From: Escherichia phage vB_EcoM_Kelasse
Length of the DNA: 64,000 bases
Strand: one strand, 5' to 3'
Sequence record: MW749001.1
Shown here piece by piece: positions 9,566 through 18,669 of this stretch (its first letter is position 1; each line of letters opens with the position of its first letter). The notes beneath the pieces are model-generated. The model had not been told where the DNA came from. It did no database searches and saw only the letters and a list, made by a program, of their open reading frames with translations. Made by a program: the position numbers and the translations under genes.

Positions 9566-10037
9566 TTGTTTTACCTAAAACAATAGTAGGAGCATCGTCA
9601 AATTCATGAATTTTTAGCAATTTTGGATTTAAATTATTCCATACATAATAAATAAAGTATGATAAAGCATCTTCACTCGCAATTATAAATTTATTTCCTT
9701 CATTTATTTTCCAGTCATATACTGAATCGTACGAATAAAAAGATAAAGGATTACCATTATATTGTTCTGCGCTAACATTAATGTATTCGGATTTAGTAAA
9801 TGCTTCAATTGCTCTAAACGGACTATTTGGCACAGTTTCAATAATTCCGATCTTTTTAAGTTTTATTTCAACATCTTCTGGAACTGGCATTGAAACGAAA
9901 TTTTCTACGAGATACATAGGGTTACAATAACCCTTATCAATCACTACGGCTACAGTAATTGGAACATCTTTAGCAAACGACATGCTATTACTGCTAATAT
10001 ACATTTCAAACAAAATCGCTTCCATAATTTTCCTCAA
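9540..10037 (-). CDS. hypothetical protein (165 aa)
   Basis: ORF track. Confidence 0.5.
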   Translation of the reverse strand: MRKIMEAILFEMYISSNSMSFAKDVPITVAVVIDKGYCNPMYLVENFVSMPVPEDVEIKLKKIGIIETVPNSPFRAIEAFTKSEYINVSAEQYNGNPLSFYSYDSVYDWKINEGNKFIIASEDALSYFIYYVWNNLNPKLLKIHEFDDAPTIVLGKTNESSEENA

Positions 10038-10375
10038 TCACAAGATGTAGATGAACAACTAGAATCACAAGAACTTCCACATGAATCACCTGCCCATACA
10101 TGAACAGGAACATTGGTGTCATATGAATCAGAACTAGACTGTGTATTCTGTGCATTAGATGATGTAGTAGGTGTTGACCAACGCCAAGGATTTTTATAAT
10201 ATTCTTGGGCTTCTTCATAAGTCATAGTAACTGCTTCTACTGTTCCATCTCCCATATAAACATATTCAACTACAGTTAAAGGAAGGTAGTCATTTGAAAT
10301 AGGAACTACACCTTCTCCGGGAGTTGTAGAGAAAAAATCTGTAAAGAAATTTTTAAACCAATTAAAGATAAACAT
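10034..10375 (-). CDS. hypothetical protein with Cys/Ser-rich C-terminal tail
   Basis: 113 aa; tail [18 protein letters not shown]. Confidence 0.5.
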   Translation of the reverse strand: MFIFNWFKNFFTDFFSTTPGEGVVPISNDYLPLTVVEYVYMGDGTVEAVTMTYEEAQEYYKNPWRWSTPTTSSNAQNTQSSSDSYDTNVPVHVWAGDSCGSSCDSSCSSTSCD

Positions 10376-10581
10376 TACAAAAAGCCTCTTTTGAATTCGA
10401 CTTGCTTCTCGCCATAATCATATCGAATCTCTGCATTAAATTCGACAGAACCATCTGCGTACATCATAAATGAATGCACAACAACTTCTGTAGACCATGG
10501 CTGCAGTTCATATTTTTTCATTACATGCCGTGAAATGATAATATCTAAATCTTCATTTGGTTTAATCCAGCGATTTAACAT
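10375..10581 (-). CDS. hypothetical protein (68 aa)
   Basis: ORF track. Confidence 0.45.
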   Translation of the reverse strand: MLNRWIKPNEDLDIIISRHVMKKYELQPWSTEVVVHSFMMYADGSVEFNAEIRYDYGEKQVEFKRGFL

Positions 10582-10645
10582 AGTGCTCTCCTCTATAAGA
10601 TAATTCTATTATACCATACTCATTTTGGAAAGTAAACCGGTAAAA

Positions 10646-10673
10646 TGAAAAAAGGACTCCTTCAGGAGTCCTT
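10646..10673 (-). terminator. rho-independent terminator downstream of soc
   Basis: Stem AAGGACUCC / GGAGUCCUU with 4-nt loop followed by U-tract. Confidence 0.65.
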
Positions 10674-10679
10674 GAATTA

Positions 10680-10916
10680 TTAACCACCTATTTCTGTAGG
10701 CGTAAACATTGCAGCATTCTTAGTTTTCCAAGTTGCTGCATCGGAAACTACATCAGAATAAGCTGCTTTTTCTGACGGAAAGATTTGATAATGAGAATCT
10801 GCGATACGGTGTTCATTTGAATATACATCAAATGCTACAGAAACTTCCATACCTTTAACTTCTTTGCCTTCACCCGCTGGATGAGTAAAGGTCTTGATGT
10901 TAACGAAACCACCCAT
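10680..10916 (-). CDS. soc: small outer capsid protein Soc
   Basis: 78 aa; motifs NIKTF, SVAF, HYQxFPSEKAAYS as in T4 Soc; late promoter upstream, hairpin downstream. Confidence 0.8.
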   Translation of the reverse strand: MGGFVNIKTFTHPAGEGKEVKGMEVSVAFDVYSNEHRIADSHYQIFPSEKAAYSDVVSDAATWKTKNAAMFTPTEIGG

Positions 10917-10947
10917 AATAAACTCCTTTATTGTTTAATTACAGGTG

Positions 10948-10955
10948 TATTTATA
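10948..10955 (-). promoter_or_regulatory. T4 late promoter motif TATAAATA upstream of soc
   Basis: Exact TATAAATA on minus strand about 32 nt upstream of soc ATG. Confidence 0.6.
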
Positions 10956-11129
10956 TCAGTCTTCAATGAAAACTTGTGCTAGGAATTCGTGTTCATCATG
11001 AATTTGTTTATATAAAGCCATTACAGCATTTATATTAGAGCTATCTACTTTAAGCTGATAAGCATACCACTCGTGTAAATTAATTAAAGCTTTTTGTCGT
11101 CTAATAAATTCTTCTTTGGATATTTTCAT
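10956..11129 (-). CDS. small hypothetical protein (57 aa)
   Basis: Hand-translated MKISKEEFIRRQKALINLHEWYAYQ...; ATGA overlap with upstream ORF; occupies T4 segF position. Confidence 0.45.
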   Translation of the reverse strand: MKISKEEFIRRQKALINLHEWYAYQLKVDSSNINAVMALYKQIHDEHEFLAQVFIED

Positions 11130-11326
11130 TTTGAATGCTCTATAATTAATTTTAAAGCTTCTTCACTGACAAAAATTTCATCAGGACCTTCTTCTACAAC
11201 CCAATCAACCACACGAAGCTGATTAGATAAGAGCTCACATACGAGCTCCTTGTCATAATTTTTAAATAGCTGGTCAATATGTTTCTTGTGGGCTTTCTTA
11301 AGCTGTCGTTTATTTAAACGAGCCAT
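11126..11326 (-). CDS. hypothetical protein (66 aa)
   Basis: ORF track; between soc and 56. Confidence 0.5.
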   Translation of the reverse strand: MARLNKRQLKKAHKKHIDQLFKNYDKELVCELLSNQLRVVDWVVEEGPDEIFVSEEALKLIIEHSK

Positions 11327-11844
11327 TAGTAACCTCGGTCTTGGCGAGCGAAGTTTTCAGCATTTTTCAGATAATAAAGTTTAAAGATTTCTTCAGCCGT
11401 AAGACCGAGACCTTGGAACATGTTCAGAACGAAATGAAGAATATCAATCATTTCGAATTTAATTTCCAACTGGTCTTGTGGAGACAAATCAGTAATCAGA
11501 GTTTCACGACGTTCACCATGTTGAGCTTTCCATGGCTTCCATACAGCAGATGCATCTTTTTCACCATTGCTCATACCACCAAGAGAAGTCAGAAGTTCGC
11601 GGAATTCATCATCAATATAATCTTTCTGATTGCGCAGCCAATCAACAACTTCACCTGCAGTAGCCAAATCATCAGGATGACGGTTATATTCAGGTTTATC
11701 TTTAGCTAAACGAACCTGCAGAGATTTCTGCATATCAAGCATAACCTGCAGCGGGTCTTTTTCATCACCGAGAATATCCCAGTATTCATTTTGAGCTTTA
11801 TCAGCGCCTTCGATCAGTTGTGAACATTCATTAAAGTAAGCCAT
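11326..11844 (-). CDS. 56: dCTP/dCDP pyrophosphatase gp56
   Basis: 172 aa; recognised as T4 gp56. Confidence 0.9.
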   Translation of the reverse strand: MAYFNECSQLIEGADKAQNEYWDILGDEKDPLQVMLDMQKSLQVRLAKDKPEYNRHPDDLATAGEVVDWLRNQKDYIDDEFRELLTSLGGMSNGEKDASAVWKPWKAQHGERRETLITDLSPQDQLEIKFEMIDILHFVLNMFQGLGLTAEEIFKLYYLKNAENFARQDRGY

Positions 11845-11916
11845 TATTTTTTCCTTTCAATTCATGGGTTAGTAGATTAATTATACAATAAATATATAAA
11901 GCAATAAGGAGGACAT

Positions 11917-12117
11917 ATGGTACAAAAATTAATGGCACTTGTTAATGCCATAAAAGGTAATAAAAAACGTATAGCTTTTACTATTTCTGCTATGGTAGGA
12001 ATTTTACTCTGGAACTTTATTCTATCACCTGTTGCAATTGCACATGGTATTAATATTCCAGTAGTTACTCTTGATACATTCGTAGATTTAGCATTTGCTT
12101 TAGTTGGGTTAATTTAA
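11917..12117 (+). CDS. small hydrophobic membrane protein (66 aa), plus strand
   Basis: Strong AAGGAGG Shine-Dalgarno 5 nt upstream; only plus-strand ORF not shadowed by a minus-strand gene. Confidence 0.5.
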   Translation: MVQKLMALVNAIKGNKKRIAFTISAMVGILLWNFILSPVAIAHGINIPVVTLDTFVDLAFALVGLI

Positions 12118-13142
12118 ATCTTAGCATATTTAGATAACCTCATTTTAGCCATCAACCCCTGGGCAATATTATTTTTCATATATTTCATAATTTGTTCAGG
12201 GGTTGCACCTTCCTTTCTAATCATATCATTGACATCTTTTGATTTCCAGGGAGATTTATCCCAAAACATAACCCTTTCTCCTGCATCAACTAATTTAGTC
12301 ATTCGTTTGATAGTGTCAGGGTGACGAGGTTCATTATCTAAAACCCACACTCGTCTATCTTTAAATGGAACAACTTCTAGGTCTAATTGACCACCCGTAA
12401 TAGCTATACCATTTTCAATAAAAAGTGAATCTATAGGTCCTTCTAGAACATATACATCACCATCTTTAACTCGTTCAACACCGTAAATTTTTGTTGCCTC
12501 AGGATAAGCTTTAATGGTGATATATTTTTGAGGAGCATCTTTCTTTAATGCACGTCCTTGAAAAGACTCAGCTTTTCCATTAGCATTATAAATTGGAATA
12601 ACAAGACGAGGCTCAGGTATTTCCTTTTTATATGTTCCCGGTGCTATGCTATTAACTAATTTAGGCCATTCAGTTGTAAACCAAAGATATTTCCATTTAT
12701 CCTTTGGAATACAACGAGCTTTTACATATTTTATAATTGCATGGTCTTCCGCCAGTTTATCTAATCGAACACATGACGGAAGAGATTTAATTATTTTCTT
12801 CTCAGGTTGTTTAGGAAGTTCTTTAGGTTTTTCTACTGGACGACTTTTACCTTTTTCTTTTCTTATTTCAAAGATATACTCACGATATAAATCAGGTTCA
12901 AACTCCTTTAAATATATTCCGATTGGTGCATGATAGTTACAGTTATAACAATGAATATTTCCTTCATTATTATCACCATAATACCATCCACGAGCTTTAT
13001 TCTGGTCGGTTTTTGAATCTCCACAAACAGGACATCTAAACCGTAATTTAAAAGTTGAACTATTATTTACTTGTGTGAATTTAGGTAAATGAGCTAATGC
13101 ACGGTATGCAAACTCATTATCAATCCAAGGTATTGATGACAT
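12114..13142 (-). CDS. 61: DNA primase gp61
   Basis: 342 aa; N-terminal zinc ribbon CPVCGDS...CYNCNYH; TOPRIM-like core. Confidence 0.9.
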   Translation of the reverse strand: MSSIPWIDNEFAYRALAHLPKFTQVNNSSTFKLRFRCPVCGDSKTDQNKARGWYYGDNNEGNIHCYNCNYHAPIGIYLKEFEPDLYREYIFEIRKEKGKSRPVEKPKELPKQPEKKIIKSLPSCVRLDKLAEDHAIIKYVKARCIPKDKWKYLWFTTEWPKLVNSIAPGTYKKEIPEPRLVIPIYNANGKAESFQGRALKKDAPQKYITIKAYPEATKIYGVERVKDGDVYVLEGPIDSLFIENGIAITGGQLDLEVVPFKDRRVWVLDNEPRHPDTIKRMTKLVDAGERVMFWDKSPWKSKDVNDMIRKEGATPEQIMKYMKNNIAQGLMAKMRLSKYAKI

Positions 13143-13144
13143 TT

Positions 13145-13309
13145 TTACTCTTCTTTTTCTTTAGATTCCTCTTTTTTCTTTTTAGGAATCTGTTCAGGGC
13201 CTTTATTTACTACAGCGCCTGACGTTGTTCCAGTAGAGATATTTTCAGGATTACCACCTGAATCTCCAGCGACCATATCTTCTTTGATAAATTCTTTATA
13301 TGTTTTCAT
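13145..13309 (-). CDS. small protein with capsid-targeting-like N-terminus (54 aa, 61.1 position)
   Basis: Hand-translated MKTYKEFIKEDMVAGDSGG...; GAGG Shine-Dalgarno; Lys/Glu-rich tail. Confidence 0.5.
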   Translation of the reverse strand: MKTYKEFIKEDMVAGDSGGNPENISTGTTSGAVVNKGPEQIPKKKKEESKEKEE

Positions 13310-13310
13310 A

Positions 13311-13937
13311 TTAACCTCTATTCATAAAAGCATTAAAAATTTGGTCATCAATAGAAACATTTACTTTAGACTGTTTTTCAGATGGTAATTCGTATCCACA
13401 TATTACAATTTTATGATCAATATTAAAATACACAGAAGCAATATGATTAATGATGTTTTCAGTAAAGTCTAAATCAACATCAATATCTTTTTGACCACAG
13501 CCCAAAGGATAAATAATGCGAGTAATTCGATTATCTTTAACAAAGATTCCACCGACATACTCTGTACTGCGTTTAAAGTCTACACGCCGACGAAATGAAA
13601 AATATTCAGGCTCTTTATGAGCTCGGCTCATAGGACACAACGAATAACTAGAATAAGAGATGTCAAATCCTACGCCTTCGATATGAGCCAAAGTGTCATG
13701 ATTAAACCAATTATAATCGTACGCCAAATCCATTAGATTATAATATGTAAAAGGCACCGGATTAACATCATTAGTCACAAGCATGTAATTAGCAACTGCT
13801 ATAATTTCATTGTTTTTAACGAATACAAACCGTGATTGATGCGAATGACCTGGACCCGCGTTTTCACGATTAATGATATAACACTGGGCACCTTTATATT
13901 TGTATGTATCTTTGCACTTGTGCATTTGATAGAGCAT
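13311..13937 (-). CDS. hypothetical protein (208 aa, 61.2 position)
   Basis: ORF track; position between 61 and sp. Confidence 0.55.
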   Translation of the reverse strand: MLYQMHKCKDTYKYKGAQCYIINRENAGPGHSHQSRFVFVKNNEIIAVANYMLVTNDVNPVPFTYYNLMDLAYDYNWFNHDTLAHIEGVGFDISYSSYSLCPMSRAHKEPEYFSFRRRVDFKRSTEYVGGIFVKDNRITRIIYPLGCGQKDIDVDLDFTENIINHIASVYFNIDHKIVICGYELPSEKQSKVNVSIDDQIFNAFMNRG

Positions 13938-14230
13938 TATTCACCTACCACTTCAGCGATGATATTTTTGTTATTAAAGTTTTTATCGCAATACAGAACA
14001 TAATTATACTGCATTACACCACCAGACTTAAGTTGTTTTTGCACTTCAGCTTTCATTTCAGGACGATCGCGCTCAACGATATTCATAATATCCGCTTCAA
14101 TTTGAGTTTCAACTTCAGTCTGATCCGCAGTCATAGACCATTCACACAAATCTTTATCATAACCTGCCATAGCAGGCTGAGCAGCACAAGAAGCTAAAGC
14201 AAAAATTGTGGCAAAGATAAATTTTTTCAT
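13937..14230 (-). CDS. sp: spackle periplasmic protein Sp
   Basis: 97 aa with signal peptide; size and position as T4 sp. Confidence 0.75.
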   Translation of the reverse strand: MKKFIFATIFALASCAAQPAMAGYDKDLCEWSMTADQTEVETQIEADIMNIVERDRPEMKAEVQKQLKSGGVMQYNYVLYCDKNFNNKNIIAEVVGE

Positions 14231-14290
14231 GATAATCTCCTCAGTAGTTTATGTTTATATAGTATCTCAATTTCCAACAAAAGTAAACAG

Positions 14291-14590
14291 TTATTTTAAA
14301 ACTTCTGCGTAATCACATGTTACAAACTGTTTCTCTAGCTTGACGATTTTACGAAAGTATCTTTTGCATTGGCGAATCTGTCGCTTCGTAGGACGTACAG
14401 CAAACTTAATAAATTCCACTCGACCAAATGGAGGACTTTCTTCTGCTGGAATATCTAACACCAATTCCCACGTATCTGCAATAAGTGCTTTGAATTGAGT
14501 ATTTTTCCTGATGTTATACGGTGTAGGTTTAAATAAAACAATATGCATATTATCCTCGGCAATCCACTTCACATACTTTCTTGTCATCAA
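14291..14590 (-). CDS. hypothetical protein (99 aa, 61.4 position)
   Basis: ORF track; basic protein. Confidence 0.5.
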   Translation of the reverse strand: MMTRKYVKWIAEDNMHIVLFKPTPYNIRKNTQFKALIADTWELVLDIPAEESPPFGRVEFIKFAVRPTKRQIRQCKRYFRKIVKLEKQFVTCDYAEVLK

Positions 14591-14732
14591 TGAAAGCTTT
14601 AACTAATGCTTTATTAACTTCAGCATATTGAGTAGTAGCCCATTGAACGTCATCTTTCATCATTGTGATTTCTTTAGTAAACATGCTTTCATTCTTAAAC
14701 CACCCCATAAAAACTACCTTTACCAATTCCAT
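14550..14732 (-). CDS. dmd: Dmd, inhibitor of RnlA/LsoA toxins
   Basis: 60 aa; size and position immediately downstream of gene 41. Confidence 0.75.
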   Translation of the reverse strand: MELVKVVFMGWFKNESMFTKEITMMKDDVQWATTQYAEVNKALVKAFIDDKKVCEVDCRG

Positions 14733-14761
14733 AACAATCTCCTCATTTAACCAACAAGACT

Positions 14762-14791
14762 ACTATACCATAGTCTTGTCAGCTTGTAAAC
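14762..14791 (-). promoter_or_regulatory. T4 early-type promoter upstream of dmd
   Basis: Minus strand GTTTAC, 18 nt, TGGTATAGT; -10 flanked by 7-bp inverted repeat. Confidence 0.5.
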
Positions 14792-16218
14792 TAAAATTTT
14801 AATTCATTTGCCAAAGCATCTAACTGAGCTCGAGTGGATTCATTTCTTTGATAGCGATTCTGCTCAGCCTGAATCTGTTGTGAACCTGCTACTTCGTTCA
14901 CTTCAGTTGGAGTAGAATCTTGTTCAATTTCTACCCATTTCTGATTTCCCTTTTGAACACCCATCAAAAACTTATTCCACTTATTCTTATCGCCATATCG
15001 TGATTTGATTTGCTTAATGAGTTGTTGTTCAGCAGCTGCTAGCTCCTCGGTTTCAATGACCGCAAGCATAAAATCAGCTGTTGCTGGAAGACCAGCAGAT
15101 TCTGCAATATCGCTCATGTTAACATCGGAAGAGTCCCAAGCTTGTTTACCGACCTGTGCTGCAGTCCAAAGAACAGTTTCGGTTTCAACAGCCAGAGCAC
15201 GCAATTCCTCTGCAATAGCTTTAACAGTTGTGTAACTATTTTCTGAATAAACTCTGATGCGGCAAGATTTACAAATACCTAGATAGTCGACAATAATGAT
15301 TGTTGGAACAAAATTCTTCTTGAGCTTCAATTCATTCAAGAGAGACCTGAATGTGTTAGCGTCTGCTCCACCAGTAGGATACTGTTTAACGATTAAACGA
15401 CCAAGGGTAGATTTCTCACGCCATTTTTCCATTTTTCCTTTATATTCAGCGTAAGAAATATGCCCATCATCAATGTCATCAAGAGAAACATCAAGCATGT
15501 TAGCGTCAATACGCTTAGCACAGACTTCTTCTGCCATTTCCATGGAAATGTAAAGAACATTATGTCCGAGCTGTAAATAATCTGCTGCTAATGAACACAG
15601 ACCTAATGATTTACCAACGTTAACGCCAGCCATTAAAACGTTCAGTGTTCCAGTCTCAGCTCCGCCTTTAGTAATTTTGTTTAGAATTCTGAGTTTAAAT
15701 GGAACTTTACGAGCTTTATTCATATAAGATAGCCAACGTGCTTCATAGTCATCCATCCAATCATGACCAACGTAACTATCAAATGAAATAGATAATGCTT
15801 GCCGCATGATGTCAGGAATAGCACCAACATCCGGCATTTTCTTATTTCGTTTTTCCGGAGGAAGCTCAGCATTAGTTTGAATTTCGATTATTTTAGACGT
15901 AGCATTAAACATCGCCCTTTGCTGAACATATTTTTCTGTTTCTTTTACTAACCAGCTGTGGTCTTCTGGAGAATCAGCCAGTTTTGAAATAAGTGTTTTT
16001 ACACCAGAATATTCTGTTTCAGTAAATGAACTATTTTCTAATGCAACATTTAACGCATTAATAGATGGAACGCTATGATACTCATTGACATGAGATTTAA
16101 TTAATTTGAATGTATTTTTAGCTGGACCACTTTCAAAATATTCTGAATCCATATATGGCCAAACTTTTGAAAAATAAGCTTGATCAAATATAAGATGAGA
16201 AAGAATAATTTCTACCAC
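14791..16218 (-). CDS. 41: replicative DNA helicase gp41
   Basis: 475 aa; DnaB-like, Walker A GVNVGKS. Confidence 0.92.
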   Translation of the reverse strand: MVEIILSHLIFDQAYFSKVWPYMDSEYFESGPAKNTFKLIKSHVNEYHSVPSINALNVALENSSFTETEYSGVKTLISKLADSPEDHSWLVKETEKYVQQRAMFNATSKIIEIQTNAELPPEKRNKKMPDVGAIPDIMRQALSISFDSYVGHDWMDDYEARWLSYMNKARKVPFKLRILNKITKGGAETGTLNVLMAGVNVGKSLGLCSLAADYLQLGHNVLYISMEMAEEVCAKRIDANMLDVSLDDIDDGHISYAEYKGKMEKWREKSTLGRLIVKQYPTGGADANTFRSLLNELKLKKNFVPTIIIVDYLGICKSCRIRVYSENSYTTVKAIAEELRALAVETETVLWTAAQVGKQAWDSSDVNMSDIAESAGLPATADFMLAVIETEELAAAEQQLIKQIKSRYGDKNKWNKFLMGVQKGNQKWVEIEQDSTPTEVNEVAGSQQIQAEQNRYQRNESTRAQLDALANELKF

Positions 16219-16227
16219 ACTTACTCC

Positions 16228-16587
16228 TTAAAAGAATTTAAACTTTTTCTTTGACCTTTTATTAAATGCATCTTGTAGTTGCATTGTAATACATTTTTCT
16301 ACATGAGGAGCTAACTCAGCTTTTCTTTCTTGGTCAAGAACAGCAAAGTCCATTACAACCTTTCCATCAACCCAATCCAGTTTAGTTACATACACTATAT
16401 GTGTAGAACCATCTTCTAGTTTAATGACAATCTCCTGGATAACATTTTCCATGGCAGATTTAATTATCTTAAGAGACTCGTTAAAAAGACGTTCTTTTCT
16501 TTCTTCCCCCTCCGAAGAGGGGGATTCATCGATAATTTCTAGATCTAAGTCTAAATCATCTTTATTCATTAAATTCTTCCATATCAC
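16228..16587 (-). CDS. 40: gp40 head vertex assembly protein
   Basis: 119 aa; position between 41 and uvsX. Confidence 0.6.
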   Translation of the reverse strand: MIWKNLMNKDDLDLDLEIIDESPSSEGEERKERLFNESLKIIKSAMENVIQEIVIKLEDGSTHIVYVTKLDWVDGKVVMDFAVLDQERKAELAPHVEKCITMQLQDAFNKRSKKKFKFF

Positions 16588-17743
16588 TTAACTGCTCGAG
16601 GTCAGTTTCTAAATCAGCTGCTGATTTACTTTTACTTTCTGGAGATTTAAATTTTTCAACCTTTGAGTTAATCAATTCATCAACTTCAGCTTCAACAATT
16701 TCATTACTATCAATAGCACCTAACTGATAAGCACGTTTAATAGCATCTCGGAATGGTTGATGCTTAAATAAAGGACCCCAGAATGTAGTGCAGTTGGTAT
16801 CTTTTGCACGCCAAGATTTTTCTTCGCGAATCATCTCGCCAGTTTCTTCGTCAAGAAATTCACGAGCATACCAACCATTCTTAGGTTTTACAACAAATCC
16901 TAATTCTAGAGCCATATCTAACAATCCAGAATAAGGATCGATACCACCGTCAAATTTAACATCAATAAAGAATTTACTTTTTTCTTTAACGGTACGAGAT
17001 TTTTCTACATTTAGAACAAATTGATACCCCTGAAGATCAGAACCATCTTTAATCTGGCGTTTACCGATAATGAATACAGTATCAGCCGAATACATTACGC
17101 CTGTACCACCTGTCATCACGGTTTTACTAAACATTTCAATTGTTTCAATTGTATGGTTAACCGCAACACATGGAATATTTTTAATGCTAAAATAAGGAGT
17201 AACAATACGGAATAATGACTTCAGTGATTTAGCACGAGTCATATCTGCCACAGATTTTTCATTCAAGGCATCTTCCGTTTCTTTCTTAGAAGCCATATTA
17301 CCGATTGAGTCGATGAATACAATAACCTTTTCACCACGCTCAATAGCTTCAAGCTGGTTCACCATATCAATTTTCAGCTGTTCAACTGACTGAATTGGCG
17401 TATGAATTACTCGTTCCGGGTCAACTCCCATGGATCGTAAATAAGCTGGAGTAATACCAAATTCGCTATCATAGAATAGACAAACCGCGTCAGGATATTT
17501 GTTCAAATATGCCGCAACCATAGTCAAAGACATATTTGATTTAAAGTGTTTAGAAGGCCCTGCGAAAATAGTTAAACCAGACTGCATGCCGCCATCAATC
17601 GCACCAGAAATAGCAATATTAAGCATTGGGATTTTTGTACGGATTACATCCTTTTCATTAAAGAATTTAGATGTAGTCAGTTCAGCAGTCATTTTAGAAG
17701 TGGAAGCTTTAATCAAACGGGATTTTAAATCTGCAATAGACAT
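16562..17743 (-). CDS. uvsX: UvsX recombinase (RecA-like)
   Basis: 393 aa; RecA fold with Walker A-like GPSKHFKS. Confidence 0.9.
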   Translation of the reverse strand: MSIADLKSRLIKASTSKMTAELTTSKFFNEKDVIRTKIPMLNIAISGAIDGGMQSGLTIFAGPSKHFKSNMSLTMVAAYLNKYPDAVCLFYDSEFGITPAYLRSMGVDPERVIHTPIQSVEQLKIDMVNQLEAIERGEKVIVFIDSIGNMASKKETEDALNEKSVADMTRAKSLKSLFRIVTPYFSIKNIPCVAVNHTIETIEMFSKTVMTGGTGVMYSADTVFIIGKRQIKDGSDLQGYQFVLNVEKSRTVKEKSKFFIDVKFDGGIDPYSGLLDMALELGFVVKPKNGWYAREFLDEETGEMIREEKSWRAKDTNCTTFWGPLFKHQPFRDAIKRAYQLGAIDSNEIVEAEVDELINSKVEKFKSPESKSKSAADLETDLEQLSDMEEFNE

Positions 17744-17820
17744 TCATTTTTTCCATAGGCATCATTATATTTTCCTCACTGGTTAAAGATAGAGTAATTA
17801 TAACACAATAAATTTAGGCA

Positions 17821-18669
17821 TTAATCAACTGCTATTGGATGAATAGCATTAAACTTATGAAATGCTTCTGATTTTTCTTTACGCGAAACACACATGCGAA
17901 GAACCTTTAATGGCTCGTCTTCTTCACCCAACGATTTTCGTTTTTCAATATTCGATGTTTTCCAACGAGCTTGCTCTGGAAACTCTCTATTGATTTGCTC
18001 AAGCGCTCTATTATGTTTAGAATTACTGCGAATTGAACTACACCCGCCAGGAGCTTGTGCTTTTCCAGATACAACCAGATATTTGAACAGGGCTAAATGC
18101 GGATAACCTTGATTAATTAAATTGAGAAATGCATACATATCTTCGCATAAATCAATTTTTCCATACCCAATTTGTTCTGTCGTAAGTTTTCCGAGGTCAT
18201 ACCATGTATTCGTGAATCCATATGAATTTTCACGATAATTACCCCAAGATGAAGTAATTTTAAAAATAGGTAGACGAGCATGGCCATGATAATACCCGCA
18301 ATCCATGGCATCCTCAACATATTGAATCAATTCATAGAACTGTTCACGAGTCAATTGATTGACTTTATCTACGCAACGACGATCATCTCTTTTTCGCATT
18401 GAACTCATACGAATAGTAGTATCATCGTCAATCATCCAGATTCGTTGACCTGCATACATATCGGTAATTGCTTTACGAGTACCGGCAATTCCGTTTACAT
18501 CATCAGGAATAGTTATAATTTTAGCTCTAGACCCATAAGCGTCATGATAAGCTTTTTCTTCATGTTCACGCACTACAATATGGGGTTCATAATCAGTCGG
18601 AAACATATCAAGGGCAGAAACTGCCCCGACACGCTGATAACTTGGAATTACGAATTGAATCATTTCCAC
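17821..18669 (-). CDS. DxD glycosyltransferase (GT-A like), probable beta-alpha-glucosyltransferase
   Basis: 282 aa; WMIDDD motif; sits at T4 segA/beta-gt position but is not T4 beta-gt. Confidence 0.55.
   Translation of the reverse strand: MEMIQFVIPSYQRVGAVSALDMFPTDYEPHIVVREHEEKAYHDAYGSRAKIITIPDDVNGIAGTRKAITDMYAGQRIWMIDDDTTIRMSSMRKRDDRRCVDKVNQLTREQFYELIQYVEDAMDCGYYHGHARLPIFKITSSWGNYRENSYGFTNTWYDLGKLTTEQIGYGKIDLCEDMYAFLNLINQGYPHLALFKYLVVSGKAQAPGGCSSIRSNSKHNRALEQINREFPEQARWKTSNIEKRKSLGEEDEPLKVLRMCVSRKEKSEAFHKFNAIHPIAVD

Noticed and set aside
11845-11916. Canonical late promoter upstream of the plus-strand small ORF
   Set aside because: Only a 7 of 8 match (AATAAATA) to TATAAATA is present, so a late promoter is not asserted as a feature.
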